Shown here piece after piece: positions 45,828 to 55,890 of a stretch of 58,385 bases of DNA (position 1 is its first letter; each line of letters starts with the position of its first letter). The position numbers and the translations under genes were made by a program. The notes beneath the pieces are model-generated. The model saw nothing but the letters and a program-made list of their open reading frames with translations, did no database searches and was not told where the DNA came from. This DNA is from Chrysochromulina tobinii (Eukaryota), in the NCBI GenBank assembly GCA_001275005.1, contig JWZX01003227.1, positions 1 through 58,385 on the forward strand. The letters run 5' to 3'.

Positions 45828-46302
45828 CAGTCTGACAGTCTCGCCGCGGGCGGGTCTCGCGTCGAATGAACGGTCCGTCGTCCGAGATACAACGCGTCGT
45901 CGTTTGGGCTCGGCTATTCATGCGTTCATCGGATTGCTTTTCATGCGAATTGCGATTGCTACCGTAGTTGCACCGACCCCACGACACGGAGTTTAACACT
46001 TCAAGGTGCGTGAAGTATTACTCACGAGAGTTCGTAATACACAGCGAATCGCATCGAACACGGACCACGTCGGCGCGCACACTCACCGTCACACTCAGAC
46101 ACAGTAACACCCCACCGCGGAGCGTCGGTAGATTTCGACTCACATCCCCCACCATCACATGGTAAGTTCAGGACCAGTGTGTGTGGGACCACGTCGGCCA
46201 CACTATCTTTGAATTGGTTGCCCCGCCCTCCTGCTTCCAGCGTGTTTCGCCGCGCCCACGGACTTGGCGCCCTCGATCCTCGTCGCTCACCCTCAGCCGC
46301 AT

Positions 46303-46381
46303 CTGAGCCGCACCTCAGCAATGTATCGCAATGTATCGCAATGTATCGCAATGTATCGCAATGTATCGCAATGTAGCGCAC
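46303..46381 (-). other. Putative 79-nt 3'-UTR intron: (GATACATTGC)x5-6 with an exact 15-nt flanking direct repeat
   Basis: ctgagccgcacctca at 46303-46317 and 46382-46396; sense junctions CAG|GTGCGC...CTCAG|. Confidence 0.65.
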
Positions 46382-46507
46382 CTGAGCCGCACCTCACTTG
46401 CCAGTGCTCTCTTTCGCTCTCAACTCTCGCGAGCTCTCATGCAACTTGCTCGTCGGGACGGCGCCACGTCACGCTGCTTCTCTTCTGCCTTCTCCTCGGC
46501 GCACCCC

Positions 46508-47740
46508 TCACATGGAGCGCAGCTCGTTGAGAGAGGCGAGTAGCGTCTGAGCGAGCTCCCGCTGCTGCGCCAGCACCGCCGCCCTCTCGGCCAAGTCCCG
46601 ACCGCGTGTGTCGCCCGCCGCCGCCGCTGCCGCCGCCGCCCGCGTTGCGGCCTGCATGAGCTCCGAGTGATCTCCGCCGGAGCCTCCGCGAGCAGTTGGG
46701 CGCGCTCTTTGAATGACCTCCGAAGAGCGTCGAGGTGCCTCGGGACGTGCCACGGCATGCTCATCACGGCGCCTCATGGCCTGCCAGAACCCAGGCTCCT
46801 GACTAGGCAAGCCCGCGCGGGCGGCAGGCTCTTGACTGGGCAAGCCCGCGCTGGCGGCAGGTTTCTGACTAGGCAAGCCCGCGCGGGCGGCAGGTTGACT
46901 GGGCCCCTGATCCTCCTTGGGCCCCTGATTCTCCTTGGGGCGAAGCAGCGCCGGCGCCGTCCGGCTAGTCGAGCCGCTGATTTCGTTGAACCAGAAGGGC
47001 TCACCTGCCGCCGTGCGCATCACCTTCCAGCCAGGGTCGATCTCTTCGGCCACGGGCTCTTGCCACGCGATGCGCCCGCGCGAGGGCGAGAGGGGCGGCG
47101 AGGGTGCGGGAGGTGGCTCGGGCGCGGGAGGTGGCGCGCACGCAGTGAGCGCTGCATGCAACGCCAAGGCATGCGCGTCCAGCACCTCGCGACGGCGCGC
47201 CTCGTCGGACCTCGACCCTCCTTCAGCGCCGTGAGGAGCGCCGCGGCCACTCCCTAGCACGCCGGGGCCGCCGTTGCGCCGCTGAAGATCGATCAGATGC
47301 ATCGCCATGGTGAGGTCGCCATGGGTCGCGGCCATCGCCGCCTGCGCCGTCGCGAGGCTCACCTCCATCGCAGCGGCGAGCGAGTGCGAGAGGAGCTCGC
47401 GTGATCCGCCGGCTTGCGTCTCCGCCGCCGTCTGCGCCAGCCCATCGTAGTTGTCATCATCGTACTCCGTCATGGCCGCCCGACGCGCCGTCGCGGCGCG
47501 TGCGCGTGCTTGCTCCTGTGCTTCTGCCTGCGCAACTCGCGCCGTAGCGGTCTTCACAGCCTCGCGTGACTCGTTCACGGCGCGCTGGAGCTGCGCCTCC
47601 TCCTGCGAGAGTGCCTCCTCCTGCCGCGCGAGAAGAATGCCCTCCTCGATCTCCCGCTCGATCTCGATCTCCCGCTCGATCTCCCGCTCCTCGGCACCCA
47701 CGGCCACCGCCTCCTCGTCCACCTCGAAATCATCCTCGTA

Positions 47741-47804
<64 letters not shown>

Positions 47805-49130
47805 GGCCCGGCATGGCGCAACGCCCGATGGACCACGCTCGCCTCCTCCTGCAGCGCATGGGCCTTGAGACCAATGGTGCGCATCATCTCGAGTGCCGCG
47901 TCGAGCTCGTCGCGCATCGCGTACATGAGCGCATCGCGCGACGGCCCCACCGCCTGCTCAAAGTCGGCAGCTTCCGCCTGCTCGAAGTCGGCGGCTTTCG
48001 CCTGCTGCTGCCGCTCCTGCTGCTGCTCCTCGAGCCTCAGCCGGAGCCGCCGCATCTCATTCTGCTGCTGCATGTGCTGCAGCATGTGCTGCTGCTGCTG
48101 TTGCTGCTGCTGCTGAAGGAGCTCCTCCCTCTCCAGAAGCTCCGCGCGATGGCGTTCGCGCTCCTCCTGGCGCTGACGCGTGGCCTCGGCTTCGTCCCAC
48201 GCCTTCTGCAGCTCCTGTGCCTGAAGAAGGAACTCGTCCTGCGCGCGGCGCTCCGCCTGGCGCGCGGCGACCGACCCTGCCTCGTGCATGCGACGCTCCT
48301 GCCCGAGTCACACGCCGAATTCTCGCAATTAGAAGCCAATCTGAGGCAATCAAGGGTCATCAGAGGACATCAGTGGTCATCACCTGCTCCAGCCGCGCGT
48401 CCTCCGCTTCGCCGAGCACAGACGCGGCCACGCGTGCTTCGAAAGCGGCGCGTGCCTCCCGTTCCCATCCGTCCCACGCGGACGAGGTGCGCCGGAGGGC
48501 CTCGAAACGCGCGAGCAGCTGCGGCAGCGTGCCGATCGGGTTGATCACGGGGCGCCGCTGCTGCGCGAGGGCCGTGGCATCCGCTGCAGAGAGGGCCTCC
48601 TTCCACATCAGCAGCAGGCAGCCCGTGGTTCCGGCGCGGTGGGCGCCAGCAAGGCAGTGCACGAGCACATTGTTGCCGGCGCTGAGCGCCTCGTCGACGA
48701 AGCGGAAGAGCGGCGTCACGAAGTCGAGCAGTGACCGCGAGTCGCCTGAGTGGCGCATGTGGTGTGCCGCGTGGAACCGCATGTACTTCACGCCGCCATC
48801 ACAAAAGTTGGGCAGGTCGTCGGTCGCGTTCACGACGTGCGTGATGTCGGCCGCCTTGAAGTAGCTCAGGGGGCCGCGGGCTGCCGATTCGTTGCCCACG
48901 AAGATGATGCCGCCCGTGGTAGGATCACGCCAGAGGGCGTCCATGTCGTGGTAGCTGGCGCTGTCGCCCTCGCCGAGCGTGGCAAAGAGCTTGCGCGCCT
49001 CGGCGGAGTAGTCGTGCTCGGCCGGGCCCGGCGAGTGCTGCTCGAGAAGCGCGAAAAGCCGCCGTGCGGCGGCGGAGTCCATGCCAGCCGCTGCTGATGA
49101 GCGCATTCGCGCGCGGTCCTCACTGTTCAT
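46508..49130 (-). CDS. Dual-specificity phosphatase with coiled coil, acidic tract and WW-like domain; exons 49130-48384 and 48298-46508
   Basis: VLVHCLAGAHRA (HCx5R), ITHVVN, RRPVINP; WW-like PGWKVMRTAAGEPFWFNEISGSTS; intron 48299-48383 joins two ORFs in frame. Confidence 0.85.
48299..48383 (-). other. 85-nt GT-AG decamer-repeat intron
   Basis: CAG|GTGATGACCACTGATGTCCTCTGATGACCC...GGGCAG|GAG; only GCAG is shared with the exon end. Confidence 0.85.
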
Positions 49131-49211
49131 TCACAACACACTGTTCACACGCCACGGAGTGAGTGTGAACAGTGCGGGGTTAAATTTCCTTCTACGGCGC
49201 GACGGGTCTCT

Positions 49212-50887
49212 CTACAACAAACTATCCAAATAGTCGTTCTCATGCGCCCCGGGCGTGAGCGACGCAGGAAGGCTGCTTCGTGGGCGTGGAAGCGAGTGAG
49301 CAGCGCTGATGCGCCGCGCCGCATTGAGGATGGCATCCGCCTCGCGCTGCGCCTCGAAGAGCAGTTCGTGCGCCTGCCGATCCGCCTCGAACATCAGGTT
49401 GTCGGCCGCCTCTTGGGTCTCGTCAAGGAAGCTCCTCGATGGCGCCTCTTGGGTCTCGTCAAGGAAGCTCCTCGATGGCGCCTCTTGGGTCTCGTCAAGG
49501 AAGCTCCTCGATGGCGGGGCTGGCTGGTCCTCTCGGAGCTCTGTGTGCATCGGATCGGACGAGGCGGGTGCCTGGGCCGTGCCTGTAGTCGGTGTCGAGT
49601 CGGAGTGCCGTCGGTGTGCTGTGGGCCCGAGGTGTGAGGGAGCCTCGCCGACCAAGCCGCTGCGGCTGCCCCTACGCGCGATGAAGAACGAGGCAACCTG
49701 CCCTCCTGCCCGCGGCGACGGTGGCGGTTCCGGCGTGGTCGCTTCCGCGTAGCTCTTCGAACTAGCTCGGCCCCTTGCGCCATCCATACCGTCCTCGTCT
49801 GCATCGCTGGCGAGCCTGGCGTAGTGCCGCGCGCCCGCATCCCCTAAAGTGGTGATCGTGGGGAAAGCAGCCGACAGGTGGCTATCGCACCGTGCCGCAA
49901 CCTCGCCGCCATCTCGCCGCCATCTCGCCGCCATCTCGCTTCGAATTCTGACGAAGGCGAACGCCGCCACGCTCACGAGCATGAGTCCTTGGAGCCCGAG
50001 CTCCCATGTGGGCTCGTGCGGCATTGAGGGCGGCATCGGGGGCGGTAGTCGGGGGGGGGGGCCTTGGAGGCTCGAGCGGCAGTCTCGGCGAGGGTGGCGG
50101 CGGCGAGGGTGGCGGTGGTGGCGGTGGTGGAGGCGGCGGGGTGAGCGGTGGCGGCGAGGGCGGTGGCAAGGACGGCGGCGGTGGCGGCGGTGGCGAGGGC
50201 GGCGGAGAAGCTGGAGGTGGCGGAGATGGCGGCGGCGACGACGGCGGCGGCAAGGGTGGAGGCGGCAACGGCGGCGGCAAGGGAGGCGGCCAGGGAGGCG
50301 GTGGTGAAGGCGGTGGTGGCAAGGGCAGTGGTGGCGAGGGCGGCGATGGTGAGGGCGGTGGCGGTGAGGGCGGTGGTGGTGAGGGCGGTGGGAAGCTGGG
50401 TGGCGGCGGCGAGGGCGGTGGCGACGGCAGCGGTGGCGATGGCGGTGGTGATGGCGGCAGTGGCGACGGCGGCAGCAATGGTGGAGGAGGCGAGGACGGC
50501 GGTGCTGAGGGTGGAGGTGATGGTGGAAGAAAGAAGCGCCGCCCACAGTCGGTGCAATCCGTGCCAAAGTCGCACTGGGCCGGCGTCTCATACAGGTCTG
50601 TAAGTGAGCCAGGCCCGCCGTCTTGGCATGCGGCGTTGCTCGCTTGAGGGCACGAGTCGTCGCATTCCATTGGCGGGGGCGGCAGTGAGGGCGGCGGCAG
50701 CGATGGCGGCGGCGGGGACGGTGGCGGTGGTGACGGCGGGAACTTGTAGCGTGCGCCACAGTCGGCACAGTCAGTGCCGATGACACACTGAGCCACGGCA
50801 CCATACACGCCAGTCAGCGAGCCTGGGCCACCGTCTTGGCATGCGCCATTCTGCGCGAATACACACGTATTGCTGCACCACATCGGC

Positions 50888-50932
<45 letters not shown>

Positions 50933-51931
50933 AGCGGCGGCAGCGGCGGCAGTGGAGACAAAGTCGGTGGTGGCATCGAAGATGGTGGTGGTGGCTTCGG
51001 GGGAGGTGGTGATTGCATCCCGGGTGGTGGGAGTGGCATCGGGGGAGGTGGTGATGGCATCGGAGGTGGAGGCGGCAAGGGCGGTGGCGATGGCGGCGGT
51101 GGTGATGACGGTGGTGATGGCGGCGGCGGCGGCGGCGGTGACGGCGGAGATGGCGGTGGCGACTGTGAGGGTGGCAGCACTGGCGGAGGTGGCAGCGGAA
51201 AAGGCAGCATTGGCGGCGGACGCGGTGGCGTCGGCGAAGGCAGCAGCGGTGGTGGCGGTGACGGCGAGGGCGGCGGCGGCGGCAACCAAGGTGGAGGACA
51301 TGGTGGTGTCGAGGGTGGCGGCGACGGCTTCGGGGGAGGTGGCGGCGTTGGAGGTGGTGGCGATGGCAGCGGTGGTGGTGCTGGTGATGGTGGTGGTGAA
51401 GGTGGTGGTGGCCACTCTCGAGGGCCGCAATCGGTGCAGTCGGTGCCAAGGTTGCAGTCAGAGTACACCGTTCCGGGTCCGCCGTCGTCGCACCCACCGT
51501 CTGAGGCGTAGTTGCACATGTCTGTGCAGGTTGATGGTGGCGGCGGCGGAGGTGGCGGCAATTGCGAAGACGGCAGCAACGGTGGTGGTGGCATTGGTGA
51601 AGGTGGCGGGGACAGCGAGCACCTGTCTGTCGTGTTAACGTTCACACGACGCCCGCCTCTTACCCCCAGCTTTTTGAGTTGCCGAACCTATTTACGTATC
51701 CGCCGCCTCGTCACTAATTGGGGGTCAAAGTGGGCTGGCCAGTACGCAATACGCAACACGCAATACACAACACGCAATACGCAACACGCAATACGCAACA
51801 CGCACAGAGGGTCAAAGTGGGCTGGATGTGAAAATTGCAGTCATACGCACGAAACATCACCTCAGAGCACGGACGATCAACCGTCGCATGCAAAACCAAT
51901 TCACCAGCGCACACGCAAAAAAGCACGCCAT
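49212..51931 (-). CDS. Proline-rich (extensin-like) cell-surface protein with three Cys-rich DGGPG repeats and a C-terminal TM; apparent +1 frameshift at G11 50051-50061; tentative first exon 51931-51861 with intron 51623-51860
   Basis: Three CxxxC..A.dg.C.DGGPG...C..GTDC.DCG modules in SPPPP linkers; the TM LGLQGLMLVSVAAFAFV lies in the adjacent frame after the homopolymer. Confidence 0.7.
51722..51825. repeat. 7-nt tandem (ACGCAAY)n flanked by the 17-nt direct repeat gggtcaaagtgggctgg
   Basis: Copies at 51722-51738 and 51809-51825. Confidence 0.9.
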
Positions 51932-52096
51932 TTCACAAGCGCACACGCACAATCACGCCACGACCCCGGTCCGCCACGTTTGCCATCAACGCTTCAACGG
52001 CACAACGGCGATATCTCCAACCCGCTGACGCCGGTCTTGGCCATGCCGATCATCACGCCGGCGACGGCGCTCGCGGCCCACTGTCAGGGGGCGAGG

Positions 52097-52816
52097 TCAA
52101 ACATCGGCGCTTCTTCCTTCGTTTTCCTTCATCTTGGTGAGTAAGTCAGTGAGTGCTGAGTTAGTGAGTGAGTTAGTGAGTGAGGTGAGTGCGTGAGTGA
52201 GTCTTAACTCAGTCATCTTGGTGGTGTAATGCGACACCCCGGTCTGGATGGCGCTGATGCAGCGATCGAAGAGCGGCTTGAAATCCTCGGGTTTGTTGAC
52301 GAACAATTCGGCGCTGACCCAGACATTTTTCTTGACCGTGGTGAATATCTTGACGACCTTGGTTTTGCTATTGGCGAAGTCACAGGCGGTCAGGACCTGC
52401 AGCCGCTCAGTTTCGTCTTCGATTTTCCAGATGTTGGGGAGCACGATGCGGAAATGCTGCGGATCGTTGCGTTCGGGAAAGATGTAATATAAAAGGCCTT
52501 CTTTCTTGAACATGACGTCGCCGTCGGAGTCCACTGTGGGCTTGTACCCCTCCTCGGTGAGGAAATCGACGTACAATTTGACGAGCTCGTCATCCTCCGC
52601 CTCGATCTGAAAAGAAGACGACGCGACACGCGAGTGGATGCCGACGCCCGGGACGTTGATGTCAACGCTCCCATCCTCGTGCAGCACCGCCACGGTGCAA
52701 CCCCCGAAACCGCCATAGCGCACCTTCGCGCCGACGGTGAGATCGGGCGCGGCCGGTGGCTCGGCGGAAGCGCCCAAGGCCAGCAAAAGCGCACAGGAAA
52801 GGAACACACGTTTCAT
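52097..52816 (-). CDS. Signal-peptide protein with a small SH3-like region and a bacterial-type YbjN-like domain
   Basis: Signal MKRVFLSCALLLALGASA; FLTEEGYKPTVDSDGDVMFKKEG...FRIVLPNIW...ANSKTKVVKIF resembles bacterial YbjN-family proteins. Confidence 0.65.
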   Translation of the reverse strand: MKRVFLSCALLLALGASAEPPAAPDLTVGAKVRYGGFGGCTVAVLHEDGSVDINVPGVGIHSRVASSSFQIEAEDDELVKLYVDFLTEEGYKPTVDSDGDVMFKKEGLLYYIFPERNDPQHFRIVLPNIWKIEDETERLQVLTACDFANSKTKVVKIFTTVKKNVWVSAELFVNKPEDFKPLFDRCISAIQTGVSHYTTKMTELRLTHALTSLTNSLTNSALTDLLTKMKENEGRSADV

Positions 52817-53103
52817 GGTGCGGGGTCGGCTCGCTCGCAAGGTGCTTCGCTCTCGCTTTGGCAGTACGGACCGGTATTTAGAAAAGTTGGCGACTTTTCG
52901 ATACTGGTAGAGATATTTTGCGCGAGCGCAGCGCGCAACAAAATTGTTCCGCGAGCGCCTCCCCCCCAAAGTTTGTCTTTTGTCTCACCGGACCGTACCT
53001 AACGAGGCGGGCGACCTTCGGGCGGCTAGTCGTGACACCCCTACCCCCCCCTGGCGGTCCCCCCCTGTGCGGCCTCGCCGCGGCGTTCTATCCCTCATCT
53101 TTC

Positions 53104-53865
53104 TTACGACAGGTACTTCAACAGCTCGCTGTCCGTATATGTGAGCGGTATCTTGTAGCTTGCGAGCTTCTCGCGGTACCACTCAGCTTGCGCGTGCCCG
53201 CCACCCAAGAAGCCGACCACCTCCATTTTCGCGGCTTGAGCTGCCATGACGCCGGACGTGGAGTCCTCGACAACAACACACTGACTCGGGTCCACGCCAG
53301 CCGCCGCGGCCGCCATCAAGAAGATGTCGGGTTGAGGTTTGCCCCTCCCAGGCACGTCTTCGCGTGTGAAGACTTGGTCCTTGCCAGCGAAGACGTGGTC
53401 GATGCCCGCAACCTCAAGGCACACGAGCACGCGGTCACGCGGCGAGCCTGAGGCAACAACCTGCTTACGTCCAGCTGCGTGCAGCGCCAGCACCGTTTTG
53501 GCGTTGAGCTGAGTGAGCCGGTTGCGGAAGAGCTCAATCGAGCCCTCAATCTGGTCCTTGAAGAAGTTGTCGGGGACTGGCTTCCCAAACTCGTTGAGGA
53601 AGTTTTTTGCGCCCGCTTCGGGCGAATATCCAGAAAACAGCCGGTTGCAGTCGTCGCGCGTCACCTGCAAAAATCCGGCTGCATGCAGTGCCTCAACCTC
53701 GGCAGTCTTGAGCAACGCTTCCGAATCTACGAGGCATCCGTCGCAGTCCCAAATGATGAGGTCAGCTGCCATGCGCGTCGGACCACCGCGAACGGACTTC
53801 GCATTGCGCACGGTCGCGATAGGCGACCACGCGATTGCGAGCGCAGCCAGCGCGACCGATACCAT
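53104..53865 (-). CDS. HAD-superfamily hydrolase (CbbY/subfamily IA-like), probably plastid-targeted
   Basis: WDCDGCLVDSE, VASGS, GKPQPDIFL, VVEDSTSGV; leader MVSVALAALAIAW. Confidence 0.9.
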   Translation of the reverse strand: MVSVALAALAIAWSPIATVRNAKSVRGGPTRMAADLIIWDCDGCLVDSEALLKTAEVEALHAAGFLQVTRDDCNRLFSGYSPEAGAKNFLNEFGKPVPDNFFKDQIEGSIELFRNRLTQLNAKTVLALHAAGRKQVVASGSPRDRVLVCLEVAGIDHVFAGKDQVFTREDVPGRGKPQPDIFLMAAAAAGVDPSQCVVVEDSTSGVMAAQAAKMEVVGFLGGGHAQAEWYREKLASYKIPLTYTDSELLKYLS

Positions 53866-54100
53866 TTGGAAGGGGACGGCCCCACACCGCAAGGGGCACG
53901 TGCCGAGCCGAGGGTGCGTGGGAGGTTTTGCCGCGTCTCCCAAACAAGTACAGTACAGAACGCGACTGTGAACTCAACGCAAGTCGTGTGAAGGCGATTG
54001 TCTCTTTTTCCGTGATTCGTCCCGGCGGCCCCCCCTCGAAAAATAAATTGGTGTCGGACGAAATCCAAAAAGGGAAAACTGAACCAAAAGGGGAAAGGAG

Positions 54101-55213
54101 ATGTGTGGCGGCCGAATGCCCGCGTACATGGTACAAGAACTCATGCCTCGTTGCGGCTTGCTCGTGTTGCTCGGACTCGCGACGATCGCGAGCATCACAA
54201 CGCTTCGAAAAGTCCATCGTGCTTCGGCGCAGCTGGACCCGCGTCCCACCTGCCCATGCAGCCGTGTGCTGCACGGCGGGTGCTATGGTGGTGGCAGCTG
54301 CTCTGCTGGTGGCCCATCCCTCGGAGATGACGTTGAGGTGGTGATTGCGCACTGCGATCACAGCATAGATTTCCTGGAGGATATGCGTGGGGATATTGCC
54401 TCCGCTGGCCTACGCCTGAAGTTGATCTTGATTGTTGCCAAATGTGGCGAAACTGCTGCCTTACGTGCCTTGCGAAACACCGCCTCACGTGAGCTTTTGG
54501 GCGTGCTCAAAGTCGTGCAACAACCCAATGTTGGACGCTGCGATCAAAGCTGGGCATCTCACATCGCAACAAACTACCACACCCTTCCCTCTCGGCTGAT
54601 CATGATCAAAGACTCATGGGCTGACCACAACCTATTTGAGCGGCTGAATGGCTCGGCTCTGGTCGCTGCGACCGCCTCCGGCTTCGCGTGCGCCTATGGC
54701 AATATACAGTGCAGGCAGCGGGACGCGTGCAAGGACGGCGATGAGCATCTGTGGCACTCGGCAGCGGAGCTGTTGTCATTCATGATTGTGGCATACAAAA
54801 AGTCGTGGGATCAAAGCAATCATTCCATCGCGCCCGACTTTAAGGCGAGGTACCGACCCTTGGGCAAATGGATGCTTTCATTGCAGCTGCCGCGCGACGT
54901 CGAGACACGAGGCTACCTCCCGGTGTGCTATGGCGGCGGCTTCGTTGCTACACGATCCGCCGTCCATCGCCTGCCCGAGAGTGCTTGGAGGAGGATTGTG
55001 GAATCGCTCTCACGCGGCGATAACGTTGAGGAGAGCCACTACATGGAGCGCATGTGGGCCGCACTGCTCACTCCTCCACTCACGCCGAGTGAGACGCGCG
55101 CGATGGCGTGTGTTGCAAAGAAGGCGGATCGTGTGATGCTCCCCTACTTGAAGGGCTCCGTGAATAATTGCTTTTGCGGCGACGTCGAACGCTGCGGGGC
55201 AGGGCTGGATTGA
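54101..55213 (+). CDS. DUF3431-like type II membrane protein (putative glycosyltransferase)
   Basis: N-terminal TM, VEVVIAH, PNVGR...HIATNYHTLP, GGGFVATRSAV, EESHYMERMWAALL. Confidence 0.65.
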   Translation: MCGGRMPAYMVQELMPRCGLLVLLGLATIASITTLRKVHRASAQLDPRPTCPCSRVLHGGCYGGGSCSAGGPSLGDDVEVVIAHCDHSIDFLEDMRGDIASAGLRLKLILIVAKCGETAALRALRNTASRELLGVLKVVQQPNVGRCDQSWASHIATNYHTLPSRLIMIKDSWADHNLFERLNGSALVAATASGFACAYGNIQCRQRDACKDGDEHLWHSAAELLSFMIVAYKKSWDQSNHSIAPDFKARYRPLGKWMLSLQLPRDVETRGYLPVCYGGGFVATRSAVHRLPESAWRRIVESLSRGDNVEESHYMERMWAALLTPPLTPSETRAMACVAKKADRVMLPYLKGSVNNCFCGDVERCGAGLD

Positions 55214-55890
55214 GAAGATGACTCCAACATCGACGGCGACAGGAATTTACCAACTTCGACGGCGACGGCGTCATAGGGGCTTCAGACCTGCTTGCGTCAC
55301 TGCGCAAACGCATGCGCAATCATCAAGCGTGACAACGACCCCGACGGCCAGGGTCTGGCCGACGACAGCAACGGCGGCGGCGGTGGTTCGGCGGCCCTCA
55401 AGGAGCACCCTCCGTTGCGCGTTGGAGCCGAGAGGAGCGGAGGAGCCTGCGGCAGGGGTCTAAAATGCATGCTATAATGGTCTTCTCTAAAGGGATGGTT
55501 ATACGTAAACAGTCCCGAGAGCTGCCCGAGGGCCGACTCTGGGTCCCCTATTCTAGCATGTGTATTCAAGACAGTACCGCGAGTACGGGTCTGCGGGCGA
55601 GGGTGGGCGGCACGACAAGAACACGCGGTGACGGCAGAGTGTAGGCAGAGTGACGGGGGCCGAGGTGTCAGGTGATCCCCAGCGGAGCAGCCGAGAGGAT
55701 GCTGCGGGGGGCGCTGTCTGTGTCTCAGTCCGAGTCTACGGTCTGAGTCGAGTGCAGTTTTTCCCTGCTCGGGATGGCACGGGAGGTTCTTGCCAGTCTC
55801 CGAGCAGGGAAGATCCTCGCCTTCTTCACGCCCCCGCGATATCGTGCATGTACTACATGTAACTCAAGTACGCAGCCTAGATGTGATGTC

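Noticed and set aside
55218..55332. EF-hand-like fragment NFDGDGVIGASDLL with a 16/17-nt direct repeat
   Set aside because: Short, no clear start or second motif; cannot be supported as a gene.
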